A stretch of DNA of 64,000 bases. Origin: Azolla caroliniana (lineage: Eukaryota > Plantae > Polypodiophyta). The stretch covers positions 6,944,001 through 7,008,000 of the forward strand of contig JBHGNT010000016.1 in NCBI GenBank assembly GCA_043228905.1. The letters are read 5' to 3'. The position numbers and the translations under genes were made by a program. The notes beneath the pieces were generated by a model, which ran no database searches, had not been told where the DNA came from, and saw only the letters and a list, made by a program, of their open reading frames with translations. Each line of letters starts with the position of its first letter. The first letter of the stretch is position 1. This document shows positions 33,251 to 54,450 of the stretch, one piece after another.

Positions 33251-35399
33251 ACATAGCATAAGTACTAAAGTTAATAACCCAAAGTTAAGTAAACTAGTAG
33301 CTCCAAGGTGCTCGACAACCATGCCGGTCCGGTTTGCCACCAAAAGGGTATACACTGGTCTAAATCCTAGGCCAACGCCATCGACGGAAAGTATAACTTC
33401 ATCAATTCATTGACATGTTATAGTGATGCACACAGAAACCACACAATGGCCAAGGAACGCCTAGATTAAAATGAATGTCGCATCCTTGTATAGTAAAATG
33501 TCCCCATGGAGTCACCTAGGCCAAACAACCTCAACAATTTAACCCCCCACTACTTTCGCGTTAATGACTTAATGGCTCTTGAGTTTAGCCCCCCTAAAAT
33601 CCCCCTCACAAAGGTTTCCATCTATGTAGTATTCATGTTACTTCAGCTCATGGATGTACAATGTATAGGTTGTGTACGTATACAATTTTTGTTGCATAGT
33701 ATAAGTTGTATATAAGTTACATATTCTACCTCAAACTCTATAACTCCCCCTTTATGCATAATCACTTAAAAGACAAATCTTGGTTCGTTGTTTTTTGTTG
33801 TTTTTCCTCACAAATAGAAGACACGAGACAAGCTAGCAAAGAAGCACCCTTGAAAAGTGCACACAACATGATCATTAGAAGCAAACAACCCAAGAAAGGC
33901 AATACCTGACGAGAGCTTGCGAATCGATGGAACAAAGCGACACATCATCACCCTCCCCATCCTCCTTGTCACCAACAACATAACACTTCCACTAACAACT
34001 AATTGAACAAAAAAAGTAATAATAATACCAATGCCCTAAATGCATAAATAAATAAATACATGCATAAACTAATTAATTGACTACTTTAAAAATAATATTA
34101 AATATAAATTAACAATTAAAAAAATTAATAATCAATCAATCAATTTTAAAAAAACAGCCCCTCACCATTGCCTTCATCATCACCAACAATAACCACCACT
34201 CATGCCTCCCCCTTGTACCCCTCACCCATAACCTTCACCTATACCCGCCAGCCTGTCATGAAGTCTCTCACCATCATTATCGTCTATCCACCATCCATAC
34301 CCATCCACCCACATCTTGTATCCGTCCTTCACCAACATACTACTCCTTCCTTTCGTGTCACTTGTCAACTCTTCAGTCATCCCCCCACCTCTCACAAATT
34401 GTATCAAATCTTCTCACCCACTCCCCAATGTTGACCTCCCTTGGCCCCTTGAATTTTTTGGATGATCGGCACAACATCCACCTTATGAGAATATTATCAA
34501 CACCCACCTGCATAATTAAGTTTTTGTTGCAACTTGTGTAAGACATTTGAAGTCAACTTCGGAAGTTATCTATGCTCTAGTTTTTAAGGGCATTGCTACA
34601 ACCTTCTTTCCCAAAAAATAAGATTCAAAAAATACATAAAAGCAAAATTTTGTGTTTTAGTAGGATGCAATATATAGGAAAATGGATTGTTTGCTTTATG
34701 ATGCATCGATAGAATCTTCTACAAATGAGACCTTTTTGTAAAATGCCAATGTATCAAGTTTTGAGGAAAATGTGGAGGCCCATACTTCACACATTATACT
34801 ATATGTTGCATTTAACTAGAAAATCATATTCTTCTCCAAACAGGTAACTGCACACATATTAATACGTGTTAGAATCTATCTTGTTGTCTATCATACAAAC
34901 CATTACATCCCTACAAGTTAAGCTAAGTTAGAATCCAATGTGATATAAGATGTTGGGGTTGAGACTAGACTATGCACATTTTTATCTAAATACGTTTGGG
35001 ATTCTAAGTATCACATTTTGATACAATTTTTTGCCTTTGATCACATTTGACGATGCTTTCATACATCTTCAACCAAACCCAATCCTTTCACATGCTCTAT
35101 AAATTAGGAAAGTTCTTGAACATCAAGAGTCACTACTCCATTTCACATGATGTCATGAAAACCTTGTATGTTTGGTTTCATAGGTCATCTTTAACCTCCG
35201 AAGTTAATAATCTCTCTCAGTCTCTTTGTCTTGAGTTTGAAACCCAATATTCCCACTTCTATTACTTTATACATATTCTCATAATTTCGTAGATGCCATT
35301 GTGGAATGTCAAGGTTGAACCCATGACCTTCTAGTCTTCATTGGGCAACCTTACCATCTAGGTCTCTCTTTTTTTGGTGAAAACACATAATTATAATAA

Positions 35400-36450
35400 T
35401 AAATGTGTGTGGAAAACAGTACTTACAATGGGTGTCACAACAGACTATGGTCACCCAATAACTACATGGGTAGTGAATTGCCAATAGGCAAGACAAACAC
35501 TCCACTGAGGAAAGAATTTTCACTTGGTCCAATAAAGAGAATTGTCACATTAGTGCTCCCTTCAACTTTCGTGCTCATGCTTTCACTCCATGCAGATCCC
35601 AATTATGACGCAATTCCCAGTACCTCAAAAATAGGAAAACAATCTCCATTTCTAACGTGAGTTAATCTATTTAAATTGTGCAAACACCCACTGTCTAGGC
35701 ATCAAATAACATAGTGATAAAAGTTGCCAATTTTGAGAAATGTAACTCCAAATCTGAGAAGCAATCGAACATTGTATAAAACCATGAGTATTATCTTCTA
35801 TTTGAACAGTGCAAAAGAAGCAATTGTTTATCGCTAGTCCATGGCACTTTAGAGCTAATTCCAAAAGCAGGCCCCCAATCAAAACTCTCTAGATGAAGAC
35901 CTTTGTTACAAATGGCAATTTAGAATGCCAACTATGTTTTAAGATCTACCTCCACCCATAATAGATTTGTATATTTTCTATTCTTCTTCAACCTTAGATA
36001 ATAGTCATCCAAGTGACTCAACCGAGCAATGATACAAAAGATTAGTAGTCACTTGTAAAAACGACGTTTAACCCCATAAACACTTATCAATCCACGATTT
36101 TTCTCATAACTAGGCAATACATAGCTAGAGTTTAGTGTGTATTTTTTGCTAGATAAACTCATAATTAGGTAGGATGTGTAATAATTGTTACGCTTCAACA
36201 AACTCCAAAATTCTTTGAGATGGAGCCTCAACCATAGCTCCCACCTCTTTGACCCCCAAACGAAACAAACGATTAAATTGATAATGCAATCTCTCCTTTT
36301 CGGGCCAACATAGTAACCAAGAAAATACAAGTAACTCGTTTTGCAAAGAATTACAATGCTCTCTACTAGATGATGGTTTCCATACACATAACAAGAGTGC
36401 TTCTTGCCATGAGATAACCAAGTGTTGAGCACATGAAGAGCTAGGCATCT
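35400..36450 (-). mobile_element. Degenerate L1-type LINE ORF2 3' remnant (zf-RVT)
   Basis: CFFCTVQIEDNTHGFIQCSIASQIW in ORF 35667-35882. Confidence 0.55.
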
Positions 36451-37797
36451 TATGTGAAATACATTTGTTCAGTAATTACCACCATGAAGACTTAATCGTT
36501 GTTCTCCCATGTGTTCTCAATGAAATATTGAACAATAGACATCCATTGTTGTGTCTAACAAACAAGAAGGGGATGCAAAAAAAGCACATGTCTTATAATA
36601 ATGAAATTTTACAAAGTATCATATGAATAGATGAGTCCAACATTCTAGCTCCCCCCAAGCACTTAGGGGTTGCTAGATGATTCCACACAACCTAGGTGAT
36701 TCCCATCTTATCCCTCTTCCTCCACAACAAATATCAAAGAGGTTGGAAAATACAATGCAATGCCTTCTTTGTCCATGACAACAATGGCAAGTAATATAAT
36801 ATCATGGGTTCATAATACATTGTCAAGCATACATGAAATATAAGGGCATTCTTACAACATAGACCACTCATGTAAGAGAGTGAGGACACTAGCCAAAATA
36901 ACTTTGCTCAAGGCATTCTCAAGCTTCAAAGCACACAAGAATATATTTACTAGCCCATGGTACAACAACGTATCCACATTTTTTGTCATAGGGTGACGTG
37001 CCCACACACAAGGTGCCAAGTAGGCACCATTGATGAGCATAGAATTGTGGATGACATCAGAAGCACATGTTCATCATTTCCCATTGTGTTTGAACAACCC
37101 TAGAACACCCATATACAATTAGTGAATTCATCAAACACCAGCAGTCATCTCCACCCATAGCAATTATGCATTTCATGCTTGTCCTTCAATTTATCTACAC
37201 GTCTTGAATGATCCAACATATTAGCTTCAAGCCTAAAAGGCCAGGTGAATATTTGTAATAATATTCTAAACACAATTTTATTGAAATGGTAGAGACAAGC
37301 CTGAACCATAAACAAAATCCACATTCAATATTAAAAAAAGGTCATTCGAGGTTTTGGAAAACAAGCTTGACTCAGCTCTTGGGGCGGTTTAACTTCTCAA
37401 ACAATAACTTCACAGCCAACACTATCATATATCACCCATGGGTCAGGTCAATATTTGACATACAAATAAATTCATCAAAATTTAAGTACAGAACCTTCAT
37501 CATCAAATTTGGTAAGGGATATAAAGAAATGATACCTTCTAATCAGAGTCCTCACTCAAATATCTCCTTTATGTAAAGACTCTGTTATTAATGCACTTTA
37601 TATGGTCTTCTAATCTTGTATGTTTCTTTAGTAAATATCAACCAAAAATACTAGCTTCAGTATATGAATGTGATTCTCATATTGTGCATGCAAGTTCTTG
37701 CAATGCAGCACAGCTTAATGTGCTCCTAATGAGCTCGACTTGACAATACCATCTTGAATCAACACTACTAAAAATCAGGTGGCACAAACTGGCTTAG

Positions 37798-45819
<8,022 letters not shown>

Positions 45820-46680
45820 GGCAAATCACTCGCCTATTTCTGCATATCAATCTCAGCCTAATTGTGAAATATATCACGAGGGCACTTGAAGAAAACCTAG
45901 CAAGAACAGATTCCTTTCAATCGTCAATTCCATCTATAAGAGTTGAAAAATGTAAAGGAATCAGGGAATCCATGGAATGTTCGGTGCAACCGATGATACT
46001 TACCATTAGCACGTAGCTATCTGATGTATCTCTGAGGCTTAAATTTAATCTGAAGACATCAGGAGGCAGCAATCCTCTCTCTTACACACAGAAAACCTAG
46101 CCAGAGCAGATTCTTTTACATCATCAATGCCATTTCTAAGAGCGAAAGAATCGAAGATCAAAGATGTATGTAGAGTTCAGTTGCAGCACCCTAACTAGCA
46201 AGAGAGAATCACTATACTTACCATAGTTATAAGCAGGTCCAATTTGTCTAAACCTAATCTAACGTGAAGATATCATAATGCAGAAATCCTCTGGCTCACA
46301 GAAAACCTAGCAAAAACAGAATTTTTTCCACTGTCAACCATCCAAAAACTTAAGGAAATCAGCTGAATCAGATGTATAGTTCAAATGCAAAAACCTAGAT
46401 TGATTGGAGAAGAGCACTATGATACGTGACGTTTCCAAAAGCTCAAAAATATTGCAGAAAACCTCTATTATCATAGAAAGCCGAGCAAGCCTACATTTTG
46501 TCACAACCAACACAATCAAGCATGAGAAATGTGAAGGGATCTGTAGAGAAGGCCAGAATTAATCAGAGAGAGACGCTGATGTACATACCATGTCTTGAAG
46601 CAGAGGTGGCGGAGGAAGCCGGTGAGACGTTGACACAGAAGTTAACGTGGTTAGGGTTAGGGTTAGGGTTAGGGTTAGAG
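45820..46680 (-). promoter_or_regulatory. Predicted spliced 5' UTR of the NDR gene: exons ~46680-46589, 46306-46222, 46096-46004 and 45896-45820
   Basis: Repeated acceptors (..TGCTAG|GTTTTC) and strong donors ATG|GTATGT and ATG|GTAAGT; ~200-bp tandem duplicated units. Confidence 0.7.
46651..46678 (+). repeat. (TTAGGG)4 telomere-like tract
   Basis: Seen directly in the sequence. Confidence 0.95.
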
Positions 46681-46724
46681 CTTCTTTCTTTTCGAGTATT
46701 GCTTGCATGTATGAATTCAAGCAT

Positions 46725-47342
46725 ATGTATGTATGTATGCTATGTATGTGTGTTATGTATGTATGTGTTTATGTTATGTGTGTAATGTATGTATCTACAT
46801 ATGTGTCTATGTATGTATGTATCTATCTATCTATCTATCTATCTATGTGATGTATGTATGTATGTATCTATTTATCTATCTATGTGATGTATGTATGTAT
46901 CTATTTATCTATCTATGTGATGTATGTGTGTGTATGTATGTATGTGTGTGTGTATGTTATGTGTGTAATGTATGTATCTATGTGTCTATGTATGTATGTA
47001 TCTAAATATGTATCTATCTATGTGATGTATGTGTGTGTGTATGTATGTATGTGTGTGTGTATGTTATGTGTGTAATGTATGTATCTATGTGTCTATGTAT
47101 GTATGTATCTAAATATGTATCTTTGTATGTATCTAAATATGTATTTTGTATGTATCTATGTATCTATCTATCCATGTGATGTATGTATGTATCTATCTAT
47201 GTGATGTATGTATGTATCTATCTATCTATCTATGTGATGTATGTACAGTATGTATGTATCTATCTATGTGATGTATGTATCTATCTATCTATGTGATGTA
47301 TGTATCTATGTATGTGTCTATGCGTCTATGTATGTATCTATG
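46725..47342. repeat. Compound TATG/TATC/TG microsatellite
   Basis: Seen directly in the sequence; source of spurious Cys/Tyr/Val ORFs. Confidence 0.95.
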
Positions 47343-47799
47343 CCATCGTGGAATTACTGAGTAGTACCATTGTATGCTCCATTCAGAACCTCCATTCTCC
47401 TCCAATCCATTTTTCATCAAGTTAGGGTCTCACTACCACTTGAAGTGGTGCATAACATTTTGGATGGACGTGCTATGTACTTTTTAAGGATAGTGGGATG
47501 GTTTTATTGGGGATTCATATGATAAATTTGCTCAACATCTCCCTGTCTAGAAAGATGCTCTAGTTTTGTCCTTCAAAGATGGTTGTTTCCTCTGTTGGTC
47601 CCTTTGAGAATCACATATCTATGTATGTTTTTCTTTTCCTTTTTCAAGAAAAAATATCCTTTCATTAGTATAAACAATTTACAAGATTTCGAACTCTATG
47701 TGATCAATAGAGGTAACAACCATTTTGGAGGTTGGAAGTGCCAAAAAGGAGTGCCATTCTTGGAGGTCATGAATGGAGTGGTTGTCCACACGCTAAGAA

Positions 47800-48030
47800 A
47801 CTCACGAAGTTGAGTTGTTTTAGCATCAGAATCTCCAACTATACCATTGCATTAACCCTTCAAAGTATGAACTGTGTCCATCCAAATATTTGTAACCAAT
47901 TTAGTTGGTGATGCTTTAACTTTATGGAAAACGAGAGAGCACCGAGCCTTCCAGATGTTATATGCAATTGTACTACTCAACATCTCCCATGCTGGCTGGA
48001 TTTCCTTCCTTATCCCTGGAACAGTAATGG
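47800..48030 (-). mobile_element. L1-type LINE 3' remnant
   Basis: IAYNIWKARCSLVF on the minus strand near 47930-47970. Confidence 0.5.
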
Positions 48031-48321
48031 CAATGCGCGAACACTTCTAGATGTAGTGTAAAATCCATAGTATGGTATCTATGTATGTTTGTTTATACTA
48101 ACGAATGGATATCTACAATAAAAAAGGGTGTTCATTTGGTTCAAAACTTCTTGAAGAGTTGGAAGGAAATATTGCAATATATGTAAAATGGAGAGAACGG
48201 AACTCGAAATCGAGGGACTATCACAATTGAATAAGCTTACATTATGGTGGTACTACATTTCCACTCCGTTAGTTGTTTGATAACATGGCATGTCATTATT
48301 GTTGAGAATCAAACTCAACTT

Positions 48322-48944
48322 TAACAATCGACAATGGTTTGGTTTGGTTTGGTTTGATAGGGTCATCAAACCAAACCGAACCAAACTACGAAACCGTTAA
48401 AATCGCGGTTTCATGGTTCGGTTTCGGTTTTTAACTTAGGTCAAATTTTAAAATATTTCATTATTTTAAATTGTTAAAATTTTAAAAATGTTCCTAAAAT
48501 GTGAGAATAAGGTCTGAAAATGAAAATATTGCTTAAAACAATTTTAAATTTTTTACAAATTTTTTTCCCCAAAAAAAGATATTACATTAGTATTAGAAAA
48601 CGCCATAAGGACAAACATACAAGATATCCACATATCCCCTATATTTTTCTAAATTCTAACCATCGGCTTAAATAAATATGTACTTTGGTGTTGAGTAAAA
48701 CCACTCTACCTTATCAAAAAGCCGTCTATAAATTATACCTATTTCCCAAATGGCATAAAACTCTAAATGTTTAAGCTCCACTTGGTGCATATTACCAAAT
48801 TTTTAATAAATAAAATTTTAAAAAAAAACGTTAAACTGTTTAAACCACGGTTTTTTACTGTTGAAACCAAACCGAACCGTGTAAACCATTAAGTCGCGGT
48901 TTTTCAGTTCAATTCGGTTCAAACCGAACCGTTGCCGATTGTTA
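48322..48944. mobile_element. hAT-type MITE
   Basis: TIRs TAACAATCG(A/G)CAA(T/C)GGTT(T/C)GGTTTG; 8-bp TSD CTCAACTT (48314-48321 / 48945-48952); subterminal AACCG repeats. Confidence 0.9.
48560..48800 (-). mobile_element. 5'-truncated L1 3'-end fragment inside the MITE
   Basis: Homologous to ~53010-53230 (CATTAGTATTA..., AACCACTC.ACCTTATCA, ATGGCAT.AAACTC, TGCATATTA); T-rich stretch on the tail side. Confidence 0.6.
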
Positions 48945-51295
48945 CTCAACTTCCCTAGTGTGGGAACACACCTTAGGGATAGCCAAGTGTGTGAACACCC
49001 ACTACTTTGTATCATAACTAATGTGTCATAGAAGTTAGTCCTATGACACATAGCTAGTAGATAGTTAGGTCTCTACCTCTTTCTCAAGAGGTAGTTGTAG
49101 TGAGAGAGTATAAAGAGAAGGTGATTGCATAAGCACCTTCTCCTCTTCTTTGTAATTGTTGGTTGTTCATTATTGTTAATATAGTTTTCTAGTTTTCTGT
49201 ATATCTGTGTGTGTGTGTCTCTCTCATACACACACACTTCCATTGCACATAATCACACTCGATTCTTTACAATTATAATATCAAGCGAACATCATCAAAT
49301 TGCATGGAATCAAATGTGAAATATTCGGTGTGTACCCCCATGACAATACCTAGGCTTCCTCTACATAGAGATCACGAGATTCATGATTGGGTGTTGAAAG
49401 AAGACAATATATGTTATCCCAATGAAATAAGTTTAACAACACACTATTGTACAGGTTGATACAAAACTCCTATGGTTTCAAGTACATGCAAATGTTTTGT
49501 GGCACTCACACAAACCATTGTCTCTTTGAGAAATACAATCTTATTAGTACATGTAGGTTTGTTCTTCCGCTAAGTAAAGGGTATTCCGATCGAGATGCAT
49601 AATGGGTGTGCTTTGCATTGGGTTGAATCTCCAAAAGAGAAAGATTAGCTTTTTTTGCATTGTGCATGATGTGATGGAGAATAAGAAACAATCTCACTGT
49701 TATTAAAGGACATCCTCGTTCGCTAAAGCATTTGCTTGCAAAAAAAGTACATCATATAACATTTACCTGTATTCTTGGGCAAAGGTTTGGGAAAAACTTT
49801 TGGTTGTTTTGATGGGTTTCATTAGCCAATGAAGGGATACTTATTCCATCCAATAGAGAAGGTTTTGGGCACTTTGGATTATCTGCATGGCTCTGAATGG
49901 TAAAGTCTTTTGTCAAAAAGTAGCTATGGGAAGTGAGTTTCTCCAAGCAATCCTTGGTTAATTGTCTATTATTGAGAGACCACTTCAAACCTACATTCAC
50001 TTCTTTTGAGTGCTTCCAAGCACTTGAATGTTTACTTGACACCTTGTATGTTTCTCTTCGTTATTTTGTGGGTTTTCACGTTACTTTGAGGTTTCTAATA
50101 TGCATACACACACACACACACATGGATATCTAGTTTTCTAAAATATATTTGCAATTCTTCTATGTCATATAGGATCTTAGAGGTTACTTCATATTTGAGT
50201 GAATCTACAAATAGGACATCGTTGGTTGCATCACATTGTGCTCATTCCCAAAGAAAAATATTTTGGAGAGGTTTCACCAAAATACTCTAGATTCCCCTTT
50301 TCCCACAATCCCATCATTCCAAAATTCCCCCAAAATACCCTTCATGATTCATGGAATATCCGTTTTGCTCTAGAATTCATTGTCTCAATCCACACATGAA
50401 ATTTGATTTTATTCTAAATCTTGACATTTTTTGGAAATCAATGTAACAAGTTCTATGAGGCCGTTTTGACAAAGTTAAGTGGGATATTGGTTAGCATGAG
50501 TTTGAATCCTACATGGCCACCTTTCAAACACACTATCTTCCGAGGGACCTCCTAATTAAGAAGGATATAGGTTTTCTCAACCATCAATAATGTATGTGCT
50601 ATCTAAAAGTATTACACATTTGCCTTTTTATTTCAAACTACGCGAGAGGCATTTATGCCTTTGATACATTCTGTGTCTTTATCAACCTTTGGACAAAGTC
50701 ATGTTTTTTATTATGTTTAGAAAGATGAGGATTTGATTTTCCAATCAATAGTGATATAACATCACATGAAGAAATGCACGTGATTGAAATTAAGAGAGTA
50801 GAAGGGAAGAAAAACAAGATGTTTACATAAGGGCAAAAAGTACAATGTAAAACATATATTATATCATCATATGAAGAGACTCTTAAGACATCCCTAGACC
50901 ACATCAAATTGGTTGTAATAGATTTTTGCTTGCATTACAATTGATGGATACACTTTTCTAAAAATTTGTTCAATCCCAAGCAATATGAATTGGCAATGGT
51001 TTGGTTTCGACTTAACTTATTTGGCCTTCTTTAAGCCAAAACAATTAAGCCTTACCCAATTAGGAACCAGTTTAGTCGAGCTGATTAAGCCTTTATCGGT
51101 TTGGTAACTGGTTTAACCAATACGGTTCGGCTCGGTTCGAACCATCCCAAACCAAGCTCAAACCAATTAAGGAAGCTCAAGCATGAACTGACCCAAACCA
51201 AATTAGCGAACCATTTCAAATGGTTTGACGACTTGGTTCATGCTTGAGCTGAGCCATTTGCCAACTCCTACACAGTGAACAAAGGATAGTATGGC

Positions 51296-52217
51296 CATGG
51301 GCATAGATTGAAATATTCTCATTCGTGGGGCCTGCCCCACGAATCCATACGAATAGGAATACGAATACATGTAAATATATTTGTTTTCTTCTTTTTTTTG
51401 AAATTAAAAAAAAATAAAAATAAAAAATTGTGTTTTATTTACGAGCGAGTGAACAGTGGCCAACAGGAAGCGAAGACGCCTCACCCTACTCCCTCTACGT
51501 GCTACTTACACCCTCGCTTCCCTCTATATCCTGTTCTCGGCCAGAAATTAGGGTTTCGACAAAAAACCCTAATTTCTGTCATAATCCTAATTTCAACAAA
51601 ATTTCTTCTTTTCGGCCTGCGTCATCGACTCCCTCTCATGCTCTACCTAATCCTACATCTTGTTGTCCGCTGCAAATTTAGAGTTTCACTAAAACCCTAA
51701 GTTTTGCCAAAGCCCTAATTAATTAATTATTAATGCATTAATTAACTAATATTTTCCAATGAATTAATTAATGTGTTAATGAATTAAGATACGTATTTGT
51801 AAATTAATTAATGTATTAGTGAATCAATTAATGTTTAAGTGAATTAATTAGTTAATAGTAAATTAATTATTATATTAATGAGTTAATTAATTATTGATGT
51901 ATGTATGTGTACACATATATGTATGTGTGTGTATATGTATCTATGTATGTGTGTGTATATGTATCTATGTATGTGTGTATATATGTATCTATGTATGTGT
52001 GTGTATATGTATCTATGTATGTGTGTGTATATGTATATATATGTTTGTGTATGTGTGTATATATGTATGTGTATGTATGTATGTGTGTATATGTATATGT
52101 ATATGTAAATGAATGGTTTTATAATATTCTTAGGGCCATTTTCTATTCTCGAATACCACAAATATTACGGATGTCGAATCTCAAGAATATCACGCATGGA
52201 TCAATCTATGGCCATGG
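51296..52217. mobile_element. TIR-bounded non-autonomous element containing telo-boxes, AATT repeats and a TATG microsatellite
   Basis: CCATGGGCATAGATTGA at the left end and TCAATCTATGGCCATGG at the right end; no TSD identified. Confidence 0.5.
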
Positions 52218-52994
52218 GTTTAATGTCACATTCACTGCAAAATTCCTTAGTTTGAGATCATGTACACTAGTTGTTTGCTCCTCAAAACATGACCTCATTC
52301 ATTCACTTTCCAACCATTTTGTACCGACTTTGCTTGCTTACAATTGTTAAGTTTAAGCATATAATTATGAAAATGTTGTCATAAACATTGTTTGTCTTAG
52401 GTCTTGAGCAATGGATTTGATGTTATGTTTAACTAGAAAGAAATATTCTTCGTTTTTGTTCAAGATCATTCACACTAAGAGCTTATTCCTAATACAATTA
52501 CTTCCATGACCTAGGTAATGGGAAACATATATTTACTCATATTTGCGATAAACCACCTAAACCACAAGCATAGAGGCATCAAAGAGCAAGGTGGAGTGAG
52601 GGCAATACACATTTTTAATCACCATTTGCTCTTCTTTTTTATGGACATTTCTTGACGACGATGTCTCACGTTCTCAATTGTTTCACACCTAGATATTTGT
52701 ACATGAATTATGACTTTGAACATCTTTTTATAGTGCACACGTAACGTCTTGGAATTTGAATATATATATTTTAACAAAATTGTCAAAGGTTTTGGTGGGG
52801 ACACAACGTGTCTCAAAAAGTAAGAAAATCGGTTACATTAAACAATTTATCTTCTTGATTTCAAAAGAGCATTATGCTATTGTCTCATGAAATTTTGTGC
52901 ATCTATTCCCTAACACCATATGGCATAACCTTCTTGTTTTCACTCACTCCTTTTAGACAAGAACATATGTATATGTATGTAATACGTATGAATG

Positions 52995-54450
52995 CATTTT
53001 ATTTTTTCAGGATACCACATTAGTATTAAGAAAAACACCCTATGGTTATACATGAAATATGGACATTTAGGTTATGACCCCCATGCTAAGTTCTAATTGT
53101 CAATGTAAATAAATTATTCGGCGTAGAGTGGAACCACTCCACCTTATCAGAAGTCTGCTTATAAAATATTCCTTTTTCCCATATGGCATGAAACTCCAAT
53201 CGTTGTAACTCCGCCCATTGCATATTAGCTTTTATATTATCCAATGGACCTTTAAGATTATGCACAATCTCTATCTAAACCCCAAATTTTATTTGGGCAG
53301 GTCTTTTGGTCACATTTTGCAATACCTTCAAACATTTAGCCTTCCAAATATTCCAAATTGTGATACTATTTCATGTTTATCAATCTCTATATGAGGATTC
53401 AAATGTATAATTGATTTTTGCTTCATACCATGTCTCATAACAAGAGGATTTGCCACATTCTCTTATTCATATACCATTGGTTTATCATGTACCGTTGTCC
53501 ATGATATTGCCCCCCATGTATACACTGTTTGAGGATAGACTGGTATAAATTATGTTATTATCCTTTTCCACATTTCCATCACAAATTCACAATTCCACTA
53601 ACAATGCTTAGTAGTCTCCACTAGATTTGTACAAAAATGGCACATATTGTTTGCATTCATCCCTTTTCATCAACCATTATCTGGTATAGCTTTGTGAACC
53701 AACAACTATCAAGAACAACTAATTTTTTGACTCATTTTTATGCCCCACAACTATTTCCAAATTTGATTGAGATGTTGTGAGGAAAGTCCATTTCTCTCCA
53801 AAACACATTTGCAGTCAGTTCCTTCCACGATCTAGCACCGAATATTTTCCTACCAATATTCATAGAATATTGAAAAAAGGCACATGTTTTATTTGAGTTT
53901 GAACCGACACTTTCCAATATAGTTCTCCAGAATCCCAAGTTAATCAAGATACTTGTCTCTTTTCCAAAATCCAAAACTTCCAAAAAAGAATCACCTTTTA
54001 GTGGATATGGATCTAAGATCCAATTTGATCCATCATTTGCGACCGCCCTCACTTCTTTATGCAAATAAAAACCAAACAAATTTGTTTCCAACTTTTCATA
54101 TGTGTGAAAGTTAACCTTATATGTCTTGTACATCAAAAGTCTTGTACAAGATGTCTTTCCCAAACATACATCAAAACGTAGAATACACGGTTTTTAATCA
54201 TCTTGTACATCAAAAGTCATAAAAGTGTCTTTCCCAATGTAGGCTTTTACTCCAATCAAAACATCTAATGGACTAAATAAACCTATCCACTTATGTGTAG
54301 AAGGCCCAAATTGCATTTGAATATTGGAAAGAATGGCTTGTATTGCATAATGCATTGTCTTTCCGCTCCTTATATTATTAAGCATTAACATTCTTTGGTC
54401 TATAGATGTAGACAGAAATGTTGTCCAAGAACCTATAGTCTATGTTGGCC
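52995..54450 (-). mobile_element. Degenerate L1-type LINE 3' half
   Basis: LLVHKAIP and SITIWNIWKA (zf-RVT region) on the minus strand; T-rich tail near 52997-53007. Confidence 0.6.

Larger units (their letters stand above)
48300..49271 (+). mobile_element. Solo LTR of the Copia A family, interrupted by a MITE
   Basis: TGTTGAGAATCAAACTCAAC...CTTTACA; perfect TSD ATTAT (48295-48299 / 49272-49276); homologous to the reverse complement of 26636-27018. Confidence 0.88.

Noticed and set aside
45890-46400. CRISPR-like repeat-spacer array
   Set aside because: Eukaryotic context; the repeats are splice acceptors within ~200-bp duplicated units and no cas genes are present.
46647-47075. Cys/Val/Tyr/Met-rich ORFs (also 33042-33413 and 51883-52350)
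   Set aside because: Translations of microsatellites.
50984-51270. Possible hAT MITE with AACCG/GGTT repeats
   Set aside because: TIRs are very degenerate and there is no matching TSD; too weak to call.
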